IMG/VR virus record: IMGVR_UViG_3300023179_000149
Coordinates: 1-52,217 of that record
From: a virus
Lineage: Duplodnaviria; Caudoviricetes
Strand: one strand, 5' to 3'
Length of the DNA stretch: 52,217 bases
A program made the position numbers and the translations under genes. Position 1 is the first letter of the stretch. Every line of letters starts with the position of its first letter. The notes beneath the pieces are model-generated. The model was given only the letters and a program-made list of their open reading frames with translations. It did no database searches and was not told the DNA's origin. Shown piece by piece: positions 17,530-26,504 of this stretch.

Positions 17530-17628
17530 ACATGCCAACAGTTGCTGTATAGCAGCACCACAAAACCACCTAAGAATACACAGTTACCGAAGTTGTGCTA
17601 TCGTTTAGGTAGCACAATTTTTTTATAC

Positions 17629-17880
17629 ATGGCAATAGTAGTCAGCGTCTCCGTTCCAGATGCTCTCCACCAAAGATGGAAAGAATCTAACTTAGACCTA
17701 AGTCCATCATCTTTATTTCAAACCGCGTTAGAAACAGAACTTAATAAAACCAACCAACACCTTGTGTATTGGAGCGGTAGGGCTTTAATCGCAGAAAAAA
17801 AACTTAAAACAATATCAAATTTAATTAATGCTTCAGATAAAGAGGTAAAGAAATTCTTAATATTTGAAGAAGATAAGTAA
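17629..17880 (+). CDS. Ribbon-helix-helix (CcdA/antitoxin-like) DNA-binding protein
   Basis: MAIVVSVSVPDALHQRWKESNLDLSPSSLFQTAL fits an RHH pattern; ATG 17629. Confidence 0.6.
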   Translation: MAIVVSVSVPDALHQRWKESNLDLSPSSLFQTALETELNKTNQHLVYWSGRALIAEKKLKTISNLINASDKEVKKFLIFEEDK

Positions 17881-17974
17881 AATAATACTTCCTTACCTTG
17901 CGTCTGTCGCCAAAGTTACTATATAAGTAACAAATAGTATAGAAATATGTCGATAAATAAAAGAGCCGACCCAT

Positions 17975-18045
17975 TGGACAGTTTTTTTTTACGCAAAAAA
18001 AAACCGGCCTCCTGCGTAGAACCGGTTCGTCTATCCTTTGCACAC
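17975..18045 (+). ncRNA. Kissing-loop-like leader structure
   Basis: G-T9-ACGC-A9-C hairpin; AACCGG/CCGGTT hairpin; complementary loops TACGCA/TGCGTA. Confidence 0.45.
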
Positions 18046-18072
18046 TTGTAATTCTACCTCATTACCTTTATA

Positions 18073-18576
18073 GTGTGCAAGTCCAAGGGGTCACCTAAAT
18101 CCAAACCCCAACTTTGCTACCCACCTGCCATGAACCACTTTGCTTTTCAATCGATCCAGTCTCTACAAATTACAGAAGAAGATAAACCAACCATTGATGT
18201 AACAGATGGACAACTAGTACTAACCGCAACACGCGGAGAAAACAAAATAATGATCACGGCCCCACTCGATAAAATTATTCCACGCCCAATACAAACGACT
18301 GTTAATTCAAATTTTAAAATCGGCAAAGCTTACAAACGTACAAAAGGAAAGATGATGCCTACAACTTGTAAAAATGTAGGAGAAAATAACAGCAATGCAA
18401 AACTTAATGTGGCAAAAGTAAAAGAGATTAAAATGCTTTTATCTGATAGCAGTTTTCTAGATAGCTATCCATCCAAAACAGCCGTCTATAAAGAACTGGG
18501 TAAGTGTTACAAAGTTAATTCAAGTTGTATATATCAAATTGACAATAACTTAACTTGGAAACACGTATCAATATAA
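18073..18576 (+). CDS. Protein with HNH-associated C-terminal HTH but no nuclease domain
   Basis: GENNSNAKL...VKEIK...ELGK.YKV....IYQI....TWKHV; start may be ATG 18130. Confidence 0.65.
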   Translation: MCKSKGSPKSKPQLCYPPAMNHFAFQSIQSLQITEEDKPTIDVTDGQLVLTATRGENKIMITAPLDKIIPRPIQTTVNSNFKIGKAYKRTKGKMMPTTCKNVGENNSNAKLNVAKVKEIKMLLSDSSFLDSYPSKTAVYKELGKCYKVNSSCIYQIDNNLTWKHVSI

Positions 18577-18581
18577 AAATC

Positions 18582-18812
18582 ATGCACACACAACAAGACC
18601 GAGAAAAATCAATTCAGGACACACTTGAAATTGTTGTAAATGACAAAGAAGTAATGATAAGTTGGGATGAAAATGTAAATCCTGAATACAACTATTTGAG
18701 TAAACTGAAAAAAGAAGAATTTGAAAAAATTTTTGTAGATTCATTAAAAAACTTTTTAGAGAAATTTACTGATGGAGAAAATGTCTTTACTGCAGAAACA
18801 AAGAAAGAGTAG
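18582..18812 (+). CDS. Hypothetical protein
   Basis: ISWDEN..EY.YL pattern; ATG 18582. Confidence 0.65.
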   Translation: MHTQQDREKSIQDTLEIVVNDKEVMISWDENVNPEYNYLSKLKKEEFEKIFVDSLKNFLEKFTDGENVFTAETKKE

Positions 18813-19008
18813 GTTTACAGACTACCTAGTGGCGGATTCTTCCGCCCCCAGTGGTCTGAGATGGATAAAACAAAACGGTCGCATTGCTCCCGGCACTACT
18901 GCCGGGACATTGCACAAAAATAAAAAATATTATGTCATTCAATTCCTCGGTACAAGATATAAATGTACTGATGTGCTCGAACAAATGAATGACATCCAAA
19001 CAAATTAA
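18772..19008 (+). CDS. N-terminal fragment of an HNH homing endonuclease
   Basis: PSGLRW...G..AGTL....YY.I...G.RY; ends before any HNH motif. Confidence 0.55.
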   Translation: MEKMSLLQKQRKSRFTDYLVADSSAPSGLRWIKQNGRIAPGTTAGTLHKNKKYYVIQFLGTRYKCTDVLEQMNDIQTN

Positions 19009-19040
19009 AAAGTATTTTTAAATTAACCCATTCAAAACAA

Positions 19041-19673
19041 ATGAGCTCAGTAGGACTTGTCTGGATTACTCCAGATGCAGAAAAAATGATTGTGCAAATG
19101 GCTCGCGTCAGTTCGCCAGAAAATGCACCTAATATTGACACGTCAGAACGACTTCTTAAATATTTAATTAGTCATAAACATTGGTCACCATTTGAAATGG
19201 CAAACATGTGTGTAAAAATAAATACTGAACGTGATATTGCTGCGCAAATTATTAGACACAGATCTATATCATTTCAAGAGTATTCGACCAGGTATTCTGA
19301 AGCTCAACAAATTACCTTACCTTCTTTTAGAAGGCAAGATTATAAAAACCGTCAAAACAGTTTTGATGATTTAGACGGTACAGTAGCTGCTAACTTTATG
19401 ACTCGTTCCGGTGAATTGTTTACTAAAACAAGAGAACTTTATGAAGAAATGCTGAACGCAGATATAGCAAAAGAAACTGCACGCAGAATACTACCTTTAT
19501 GTACAAAAACAACTCTTTATGCAAATGCAACTTTACGTTCTTGGATACATTATATCCAGGTTAGAACAGCAGGAGAAACTCAACAAGAACATAGAACTAT
19601 TGCTGACACAATAAAAGTAATTTTTACCGGACAGTTTCCAATAGTTGCCAGTGCTGCATTTAAGAAAAATTAA
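19041..19673 (+). CDS. thyX: Flavin-dependent thymidylate synthase
   Basis: ARVS, HWSPFE, RHRSISFQEYSTRY signature, KETAR..LP, TQ.EHR. Confidence 0.97.
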   Translation: MSSVGLVWITPDAEKMIVQMARVSSPENAPNIDTSERLLKYLISHKHWSPFEMANMCVKINTERDIAAQIIRHRSISFQEYSTRYSEAQQITLPSFRRQDYKNRQNSFDDLDGTVAANFMTRSGELFTKTRELYEEMLNADIAKETARRILPLCTKTTLYANATLRSWIHYIQVRTAGETQQEHRTIADTIKVIFTGQFPIVASAAFKKN

Positions 19674-19684
19674 CCTTACAACAT

Positions 19685-19787
19685 AAGGGAGGGGCCGCCC
19701 CATGATCAGTGGCACGGCCCGTCTGTTACCAATCAGGGGAAACCGTAAAAATCCTGATTCCCTTTCTAAACAGGGCTGTCAACGGTT
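19685..19787. ncRNA. GC-rich multi-stem structure downstream of thyX
   Basis: GGGCCG/CGGCCC, AATCAGG/CCTGATT, AAGGGA/TCCCTT; possible AACCGT/ACGGTT pseudoknot. Confidence 0.45.
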
Positions 19788-19802
19788 CTTCTTCGCCCCA
19801 AA

Positions 19803-19811
19803 TGCTATAAT
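19803..19811 (+). promoter_or_regulatory. Extended -10 promoter
   Basis: TGCTATAAT in an intergenic region. Confidence 0.6.
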
Positions 19812-19879
19812 AAACGTACAACATCCACCCTGGGGCACTTTTTTAAGAAAGTGATCCCTTTTTATTATGCCTAATTATC

Positions 19880-20107
19880 ATGTCCGTTTTATGTCAACCA
19901 CGCAAAATTAATTCTGTAAGCTGTGATTCCGGTAGTATCTGTATTGTTGACCCGTGTTATCTTGAAAACTTTTCAAGTACTGTCGGTCGTTCTTCCATCT
20001 CTTTCGGTGCTCGTTTTAATACCGAAATAGGAGATGGTGAATTCAATATCTATGAACAAAGAGATAAAAAAGGACACTTACGACGTATTGTAATTGAAAT
20101 TGATTGA
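19880..20107 (+). CDS. Conserved phage hypothetical protein
   Basis: V.CDSG.I.IVDPCY...T..GDG.F motif. Confidence 0.75.
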   Translation: MSVLCQPRKINSVSCDSGSICIVDPCYLENFSSTVGRSSISFGARFNTEIGDGEFNIYEQRDKKGHLRRIVIEID

Positions 20108-20260
20108 ATGACACCTGAATTTACCGGACTAGTTGCATTTATTCTATGGATTTTATGTACCTTTGTTTTTATTTTTAACCCAGTGTTAAGTGGACTTTAT
20201 TTAGCAATAATTAATTTTACTTTTGTATTAGCTGCAATAATGTCAACGCAAAAATCATAA
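20108..20260 (+). CDS. 50-aa two-TM membrane protein
   Basis: Manual translation MTPEFTGLVAFILWILCTFVFIFNPVLSGLYLAIINFTFVLAAIMSTQKS; exactly fills the gap. Confidence 0.6.
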   Translation: MTPEFTGLVAFILWILCTFVFIFNPVLSGLYLAIINFTFVLAAIMSTQKS

Positions 20261-20541
20261 TGGAATACTTAGATCCTAAAAAAGAACCTAACAAATGGTT
20301 GGAAGCTATGCTTATGCGCTTATTAAATAACGTCATAACAAAAAACGATAAGGAATCTTTAGAACTTATTAAATATGCTCATAAACAACTTGCTTTATGG
20401 ATTGAACCAGGGGTTCTGCAGTCTGCTTTTAGTCATTGGGTAGATGAGTATTCCGCTTCAATTCAACAATATCAAAACTCTGAAAGTATGCAAGGTCCGT
20501 TAGGCTGTCTTGTAGAGGATTCCGAACTTCAGCAGAAATAA
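20260..20541 (+). CDS. Hypothetical protein
   Basis: TAATG coupling. Confidence 0.65.
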   Translation: MEYLDPKKEPNKWLEAMLMRLLNNVITKNDKESLELIKYAHKQLALWIEPGVLQSAFSHWVDEYSASIQQYQNSESMQGPLGCLVEDSELQQK

Positions 20542-21025
20542 TTCTTGCATTGTTTTGCTTAACACTTTCCCAAACTAAATCATCTGGATATGGAGGACGA
20601 TACCAAAAGAATTTTTTATTTTCTTCATCTATAACCCAATCAAGATGTTTTCTTTTACCTTCACCCCGAATAAATTTTTTATAAATTCTAAATTGTTTTT
20701 CTGGTTTACCTGAATTGCAACTTACAATTATTAAATCCCCAGGGGGTATACCCCACCGCATATTAAAACAAAGATTTAAACTTTTCAAAAGTAAAGCAGC
20801 ACCTTCTTTTCCAATAAAGTTATTTTTTAATTTATTTGCACTCTTCCTGTTTCGATTAGTGTACCAATCATTTAACTGTCTATTAGATTTACCAACAGCA
20901 AAACCAAAGTTCCATGCCCAATGGCCACGTTTAATGTGTTCATAAGGTTCCATAAAAACTTTACAAATTCCTGACTTGCACTGAAATGTACGGGTGGTAA
21001 TCTGGCGGCAGACACGATAGCTCAT
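20429..21025 (-). CDS. Hypothetical basic protein
   Basis: 198-aa ORF with a convergent 113-nt overlap. Confidence 0.65.
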   Translation of the reverse strand: MSYRVCRQITTRTFQCKSGICKVFMEPYEHIKRGHWAWNFGFAVGKSNRQLNDWYTNRNRKSANKLKNNFIGKEGAALLLKSLNLCFNMRWGIPPGDLIIVSCNSGKPEKQFRIYKKFIRGEGKRKHLDWVIDEENKKFFWYRPPYPDDLVWESVKQNNARIISAEVRNPLQDSLTDLAYFQSFDIVELKRNTHLPND

Positions 21026-21026
21026 T

Positions 21027-21311
21027 ATGGAAGAGTTAATTAAAATGATTCAAAACGACCCGCTCTTGTGGGAAGTTGTTGAACAACTGAAACATCAGGA
21101 CGAAGACTTGAGTGACTTCATCCTTAATATAGCTCAGATGCTAAGCGTTGAATTTGAAGAAATGCACCGCACAGACCTCAGTGACAAACTTTCTGCTTTG
21201 TTTGGTGGACTCCCTCCACAAGCATTTAAGATGGCTCCACTATTTCTGCATATCGCCTTAGATCTTTTCTTGATGCGGGCTGTGCCAGATCATGCCAGCA
21301 TTAAGGACTGA
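21027..21311 (+). CDS. Hypothetical acidic helical protein
   Basis: ORF track. Confidence 0.7.
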   Translation: MEELIKMIQNDPLLWEVVEQLKHQDEDLSDFILNIAQMLSVEFEEMHRTDLSDKLSALFGGLPPQAFKMAPLFLHIALDLFLMRAVPDHASIKD

Positions 21312-21314
21312 GCC

Positions 21315-21548
21315 ATGCAAAGAGGTTTTGTGCTTTGTAATAAAGAATTTACAAAAATTCTTTGCATTAATAAAAACGGCAATGGATTTACATTGCTAAC
21401 CATAAACGACACACAAGTATTGAACAAAGCAATGTGTTTACCAGATTTAACAGAAGCAAAGAACATTCTTAAACGCCTTCAAGATCGAGAAATAAATGAA
21501 GAGCTTGAAATTACTAACATTTCTGCCCTTTATAAAAATTTTTATTAA
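21315..21548 (+). CDS. Hypothetical protein
   Basis: Coupled to polA. Confidence 0.7.
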   Translation: MQRGFVLCNKEFTKILCINKNGNGFTLLTINDTQVLNKAMCLPDLTEAKNILKRLQDREINEELEITNISALYKNFY

Positions 21549-23410
21549 TGACAAGATTTATTCTTGACTTAGAGTCCAACGGACTGTTACCGACTTTAAA
21601 CAAAATTCATTGTGTTGTTCTTTATGATTTAGATAATGATAAATTTATTAGCTGTGCTGATCAAGACGGTTATTTACCAATAGCACATGCTTTAGACTGC
21701 ATATCTCAAGCTACATTATTAGTTGGACACAACATAATAAATTTTGACTTACCGGCATTAAAAAAAATCTATCCAAAACTTACATTAAGAATAGATTGTG
21801 ATTATTTTGATACATTGATAACAAGTAGATTGTTTTGGCCAGAGCTAACACCACTGGATCATGCAAAATATAGCCACATAAACCGTAAATACTTTGGTAG
21901 CCACTCACTTGCTGCTTGGGGTGAACGAGTTGGTGTAAATAAGATTGATTTTAAATCTGAATTAAAGCGCAAAGGAGACGAAGATGAGGATAATTCAAAA
22001 AGTGTTTGGGAAATGTGGTCTAAAACAATGCAGTATTACTGTGAAGGCGACGTTAAAGTGTCTCTTGAATTATATAAGTATATGTTGAGCCAGGGGGGAG
22101 ATAAACGCTCATTAGATTTAGAGCACCAATTTGCTTTAATAATGAATAAACAAGAAAGATTTGGTTTCCCTTTTAATGAAAAAGCTGCTTATGCCTTGGT
22201 TAATACTTTAAAAACAAAAAGAAATGAAATTAATGAAAAATTACAAACAGTGTTTCCTCCAGTGGTAAAAGAAAGGTGGTCTACAAAAACAGGAAAACGT
22301 TTAGCTGATAAAACTGAAATATTTAATCCGGGATCAAGAACACAAACTTCAAAAAGACTGCAAGAACTGTATCCAGAAATCACTTTTTGTCTTACAGAAA
22401 AAGGTAATCCTAAAGTAGATGATGACGTTTTAGAAAAATTAGGAACAAAATACCCTGAGGCTAAGATACTAGCTGAATATCAAACGTTAAATAAACGACT
22501 TGGACAAATTGCAGAAGGAAAAGAAGCCTGGCTTAAACATGTTCAAGTCTATAAAGACGGTAGGATTCATGGACAAGTTATTACAAATGCTTGTATCAGC
22601 GGGCGTTGTAGTCATAAACGTCCAAATATGGCCCAAGTACCAAGTGTTGGTCACGCTTATGGGTCTGAATGTCGCGCTCTTTTTTATGCTCCTGATGGGT
22701 GGAAATTAGTCGGCGCCGATGCATCTGGACTCGAATTACGAGCACTTGGAGCCTGGCTTGCATATTTTGATGGAGGAAAATATGCACGCCTTGTTAGCGA
22801 TAGTAGTGTCGATATTCATAGTTATAATGCTCGTATGTTTGGTTTATATAGTGGTGATCGGCCTATAGCCAAAGTAGAAAGAGATTTATCAAAGAAATTA
22901 ATATTTGCTTTAGCTTATGGTGCAGGTGCAAAAAAAGTTGGTAGTATTATTTCGCCACTTGAAGATGAAAATAAACAATATAAACAGGGAAAAAAAACAA
23001 TGGAAACATTTTATGAAAATTTACCTGCTATTAAACAATTAAAAGATTTAATTGAAAAAAGAGTTACAGAAAAAGGTTACCTTGTAGGTGTTGATGGAAG
23101 AAAACTGCAAATACGATCTAAACATTCAGCTTTAAACCAATTGCTCCAATCAACCGGAGCAATAACAGTTAAAAAAGCAACATGTATTTTGTATGAAGAT
23201 TTAACAGCGATTGGATTAAAATTTGGTGAAGATTGGGGATATGTTGCGCATATCCATGATGAATTTCAAACTCTTGTTAGGCCTGAACATGTTGAAATTT
23301 ATATGCAACTGGCTATTGACTCTTTTAGAAAAGCTGGTGAATATTTTAATCTTAAGTGTCCATTAACCGGGGAGGCACGGGTCGGTCAAAATTGGATGGA
23401 AAGCCACTAA
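21548..23410 (+). CDS. polA: DNA polymerase family A (T7-like) with 3'-5' exonuclease
   Basis: ExoI DLE, ExoII GHNIINFD, ExoIII YC..D; motif A DASGLELR, motif B R...KKLIF...YG, motif C HIHDE. Confidence 0.97.
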   Translation: MTRFILDLESNGLLPTLNKIHCVVLYDLDNDKFISCADQDGYLPIAHALDCISQATLLVGHNIINFDLPALKKIYPKLTLRIDCDYFDTLITSRLFWPELTPLDHAKYSHINRKYFGSHSLAAWGERVGVNKIDFKSELKRKGDEDEDNSKSVWEMWSKTMQYYCEGDVKVSLELYKYMLSQGGDKRSLDLEHQFALIMNKQERFGFPFNEKAAYALVNTLKTKRNEINEKLQTVFPPVVKERWSTKTGKRLADKTEIFNPGSRTQTSKRLQELYPEITFCLTEKGNPKVDDDVLEKLGTKYPEAKILAEYQTLNKRLGQIAEGKEAWLKHVQVYKDGRIHGQVITNACISGRCSHKRPNMAQVPSVGHAYGSECRALFYAPDGWKLVGADASGLELRALGAWLAYFDGGKYARLVSDSSVDIHSYNARMFGLYSGDRPIAKVERDLSKKLIFALAYGAGAKKVGSIISPLEDENKQYKQGKKTMETFYENLPAIKQLKDLIEKRVTEKGYLVGVDGRKLQIRSKHSALNQLLQSTGAITVKKATCILYEDLTAIGLKFGEDWGYVAHIHDEFQTLVRPEHVEIYMQLAIDSFRKAGEYFNLKCPLTGEARVGQNWMESH

Positions 23411-23456
23411 AACTTAACTTATTATCTAGTATACCCTTTGCAACATAGACACCAAA

Positions 23457-23627
23457 ATGACAAATCCTGCAACCAAAACCACAAAAAAATCTCTTGAGGG
23501 AATGGACCTAAAAGAACTTTTCTTGATGAGTAGAGACATTGAAAATTTAATTTCAGCTTTACTTGAAAGACAGAGATTTATTCAAGAAGTAATTGGACAA
23601 CATTTTGAAGTTGTAAATGATCAATAA
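23457..23627 (+). CDS. 56-aa helical protein
   Basis: Manual translation MTNPATKTTKKSLEGMDLKELFLMSRDIENLISALLERQRFIQEVIGQHFEVVNDQ; preceded by CCCTTTGCAAC. Confidence 0.6.
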   Translation: MTNPATKTTKKSLEGMDLKELFLMSRDIENLISALLERQRFIQEVIGQHFEVVNDQ

Positions 23628-23639
23628 ATATTACAAATT

Positions 23640-24089
23640 ATGAACGCACATGAATATGTATGGCACCAACGTTTTATGCAGTTGGCAGAACTTGTGGCTA
23701 AATGGAGTAAAGATCCATCAACAAAAGTTGGGTGCGTTTTAATAAAAAAACGCCGAATTATTTCAACTGGTTTCAATGGCTTTCCAAAAGGCATAGACGA
23801 TGATATAAATAGATTAATGGACCGTGAAGAAAAATATGAGCTCACGATCCATGCAGAAACAAATGCCATCATTACGGCTGCAATTCACGGTGTTAGTACC
23901 AATGGTTGTAGTGCTTATATCACTATGCATCCATGCAGCCGTTGTGCTGCGGCACTTATCAATGCTGGAATCAAGAATGTTTTTATAAAAAGTTTAGATT
24001 CAGTTCCAAGTAGATGGGTTCAAAATTTTATTTTATCTTCAAAATTATTAAAGGAGGCTGGAGTACCTTTAGTTTCAATCGACCCTTGA
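23640..24089 (+). CDS. dCMP deaminase
   Basis: SKDPSTKVG, TGFNG, HAETNAI, PCSRC. Confidence 0.95.
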   Translation: MNAHEYVWHQRFMQLAELVAKWSKDPSTKVGCVLIKKRRIISTGFNGFPKGIDDDINRLMDREEKYELTIHAETNAIITAAIHGVSTNGCSAYITMHPCSRCAAALINAGIKNVFIKSLDSVPSRWVQNFILSSKLLKEAGVPLVSIDP

Positions 24090-24130
24090 CCTGCTACACT
24101 AACCTGCACACACAACACCTGTACTAAAAA

Positions 24131-24865
24131 ATGAATTCTTTTATTGGAATTGGAACTTACACAGGAGAAAAGTTCCACGAAAACGGATTGCGTTTTATGA
24201 GCATAAGCCTACCAAAAGTAGGTAAAAGTGGTTCAGACGTACCAATTCTTATGGTACCAAATAAAGCAGCGGGGGAAACTTTTGACGTGTTTCAACCGGG
24301 GGTACGGCTCCTTCTAGGTGGAAGGCTCTACCCAAACCGTCAAGATTACAAAATGTATCTGGTTCCAAACCAGCCATTGCAATTAGTTAATGACAAATCA
24401 TTACAAATAAACCGCGTAAATCTTGCTGGTGGTGTTGGGTTTATACCGGAGCAGAATAAAGAAGATTTATTTACATTTACAACAATGGTATCGGCACCTG
24501 CCCAGATGATACTTAATCACACCTGGGAGGATAGCCTCAGCTTCAGGATGGAGTCATGGGGGGATGATGCAAAACGCCTAACAACACTGCTTCATGTTGG
24601 GCGCCAGTTAAGTGTTGAGGGTGTCTTAAGGTATAACGTTTGGCAGGCGCAAGACGGTAGCCAACGCGGTACATATCAAATAAGAGTACGTGCCGGAATG
24701 TATTCAGTATTTGGTAAAAACAAAAATAAAGAGGAGCAAGCGAAAGTTAAAAATGAATTAAGAGAGGAAAAAATGTATTCACCTACTACCGATTTACAGG
24801 TATCTGAAAAGCCTATTCCTGTAACAATTTCTTGTTCTGTTGACGAAGACGCAGTTCCGTTCTAG
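24131..24865 (+). CDS. ssb: SSB with two tandem OB folds
   Basis: Second fold INRVNLAG...WG..A.......G..L.VEG.L....W; related N-terminal fold; acidic tail DEDAVPF. Confidence 0.85.
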   Translation: MNSFIGIGTYTGEKFHENGLRFMSISLPKVGKSGSDVPILMVPNKAAGETFDVFQPGVRLLLGGRLYPNRQDYKMYLVPNQPLQLVNDKSLQINRVNLAGGVGFIPEQNKEDLFTFTTMVSAPAQMILNHTWEDSLSFRMESWGDDAKRLTTLLHVGRQLSVEGVLRYNVWQAQDGSQRGTYQIRVRAGMYSVFGKNKNKEEQAKVKNELREEKMYSPTTDLQVSEKPIPVTISCSVDEDAVPF

Positions 24866-24875
24866 TGTTAGCCCT

Positions 24876-24970
24876 GTTAGGTGGTTAATGCCTGTTGCGC
24901 GACAGGCTTTCTTCTCCAGGCCAGTGCCTAGTGCAGGTGCAACTCCTGCTCTGGAGACAAGTCCACTAAC
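24876..24970 (+). ncRNA. Structured leader with a tRNA-like acceptor/T-arm module (copy 3)
   Basis: TCTCCAG/CTGGAGA (7 bp) plus GCAGG-TGCAACT-CCTGC (5 bp, 7-nt loop); GCCTGT/ACAGGC hairpin; outer GTTAGGTGG/CCACTAAC. Confidence 0.65.
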
Positions 24971-24985
24971 CATCCTTTGAACGTA

Positions 24986-25915
24986 ATGTCTGTACTCGAC
25001 CGTTACCAAAATACCGCAAGGTATCAAGGTGTCCTCCGGGACTTTTGCAATTGTCAAATCCTTAATGACAAGTCCAAGCCAGGGCTTTTTCTTAAGGATA
25101 CTGTCTTAGCTCGTATCGGCTGGTCCGGTACACCAAGCATGTTTCCAGAAGCTGAAGAATATGAACATACTTATAATAACGGTGATTCAAACAAAGGTGT
25201 ATTTTTTAAAACACCCCGCATGTTAATTTTGCATTGCGGATTTCGTAAAGACGTAACCTTCATTGAGAACTCAGACAAAGGCGGAATTGAGGGCCTGTAT
25301 CCACGTGATTCGTTTTTATATGATGATTGGGAAGAAAAAAACCCAGACAAGCCCAATCCATACAAACGTCGTCGTCTTATATTAACTTTCCTTGTAAATG
25401 AAAAAGGTGGTCCGGTACATAAAAAACCGTTACTACTTTCAATACATGGTGGAGCATCTAATTTATTTACAGATGCTTATGGAACTTTTATTGAGCAACT
25501 TGAATCAGCTTTTGCTGACTATGCTGGCTCCAAAGGAGGTTCTGGCTTTGATCCAAAACAAGCTGCTGCTGCTATTTTTACTCCTACTTTCGGAGCACAG
25601 CAGTATGGTGACAAGCAAAAAAGCTGGATTGCTTATCCTAAATCTTGGGTAGTACCTACTTCTAAGACTATTGAGCAGTTCTTTCCTTCTACTAATGAAG
25701 ACATTGACTTTGTTGAAGAAGTGTGGGAGACCTGTTCACCTGAAGTGTATGCTAAATCTTTTTTCCAGCAATGTGAAAAAGAAATTGGCTTTCATGCAAT
25801 TAAACCTGGGCTTGACTTCACTCTTCCACCAGTCAGTGACTCCGGTAATAAAGGAGGTGTAGAAGCATTATTCGGTACTAGAAACGCTGACACAGGTGAA
25901 ATTGAACTAACTTAA
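24986..25915 (+). CDS. DUF5895-like protein, possible recombination/annealing protein
   Basis: PRMLIL...L..E...PVH..PL.LS..G resembles cyanobacterial plasmid DUF5895; acidic DTGEI tail; ATG 24986. Confidence 0.5.
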   Translation: MSVLDRYQNTARYQGVLRDFCNCQILNDKSKPGLFLKDTVLARIGWSGTPSMFPEAEEYEHTYNNGDSNKGVFFKTPRMLILHCGFRKDVTFIENSDKGGIEGLYPRDSFLYDDWEEKNPDKPNPYKRRRLILTFLVNEKGGPVHKKPLLLSIHGGASNLFTDAYGTFIEQLESAFADYAGSKGGSGFDPKQAAAAIFTPTFGAQQYGDKQKSWIAYPKSWVVPTSKTIEQFFPSTNEDIDFVEEVWETCSPEVYAKSFFQQCEKEIGFHAIKPGLDFTLPPVSDSGNKGGVEALFGTRNADTGEIELT

Positions 25916-25932
25916 ATAAACTCCTATAATTA

Positions 25933-26205
25933 TCAGCCGTCCTTAGGGGCGGCTTTTAATTTATCCTCATAAGATCTAGAAATTAATTCAGCTTCAAATT
26001 TAGCTAAGCGTTTGCACAAACCACGAATTAAACTCTGCCTTTGTGTAGCTAATTCAGCAAGTGTAGTTGCAATTTGTTTTAGTTCCTGTTTACTATTAGT
26101 ATTTTCAATTCCTTGTTTTAACTTAGCAACAAAAAATTTATCTTCTACTGTACCTTGAAAGTCTTCGACAGCAAAGGGAGCAGCAGTTAAATCAAATCCT
26201 GACAT
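25933..26205 (-). CDS. Divergent NblA-like protein
   Basis: TVEDKFFVAKLKQGIENTNSKQELKQIATTLAELATQRQSLIRGL fits the NblA S/T-x-E-x-x-F helix-loop-helix spacing. Confidence 0.5.
   Translation of the reverse strand: MSGFDLTAAPFAVEDFQGTVEDKFFVAKLKQGIENTNSKQELKQIATTLAELATQRQSLIRGLCKRLAKFEAELISRSYEDKLKAAPKDG
25935..25957 (+). terminator. Intrinsic terminator
   Basis: AGCCGTCC-TTAG-GGGCGGCT-TTT. Confidence 0.65.
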
Positions 26206-26319
26206 GAATTTGAAGCATATCAATCACTTTATAACAAATTAACAAAATGTCAAGTTGAAACAAAACTTTATTTTTTTTGTTTAATTAAAAACTAAGCTAA
26301 CCTTGTCTCTGCACACCAC

Positions 26320-26463
26320 ATGGCAAATCAAAAAAAAGCCTCCACCGGTAACAGTACAGTTACTGCAACTGCTAAACGTACATCGATTGGTAACGGCTTA
26401 CGCAAACTTGGTTCCTGGACACTAAAGCGTAAAAAACCTAGTCGTGGTCAGGGTAAACGTTAA
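26320..26463 (+). CDS. 47-aa basic cyanophage protein ending RGQGK
   Basis: Manual translation MANQKKASTGNSTVTATAKRTSIGNGLRKLGSWTLKRKKPSRGQGKR. Confidence 0.75.
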   Translation: MANQKKASTGNSTVTATAKRTSIGNGLRKLGSWTLKRKKPSRGQGKR

Positions 26464-26504
26464 CACAGTACGCTTATCACAATCCTATTAGTAAATCAAC
26501 TAAA

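Noticed and set aside
23457-23627. Third NblA
   Set aside because: Helical and of similar size, but lacks the E/D-x-x-F N-terminal signature.
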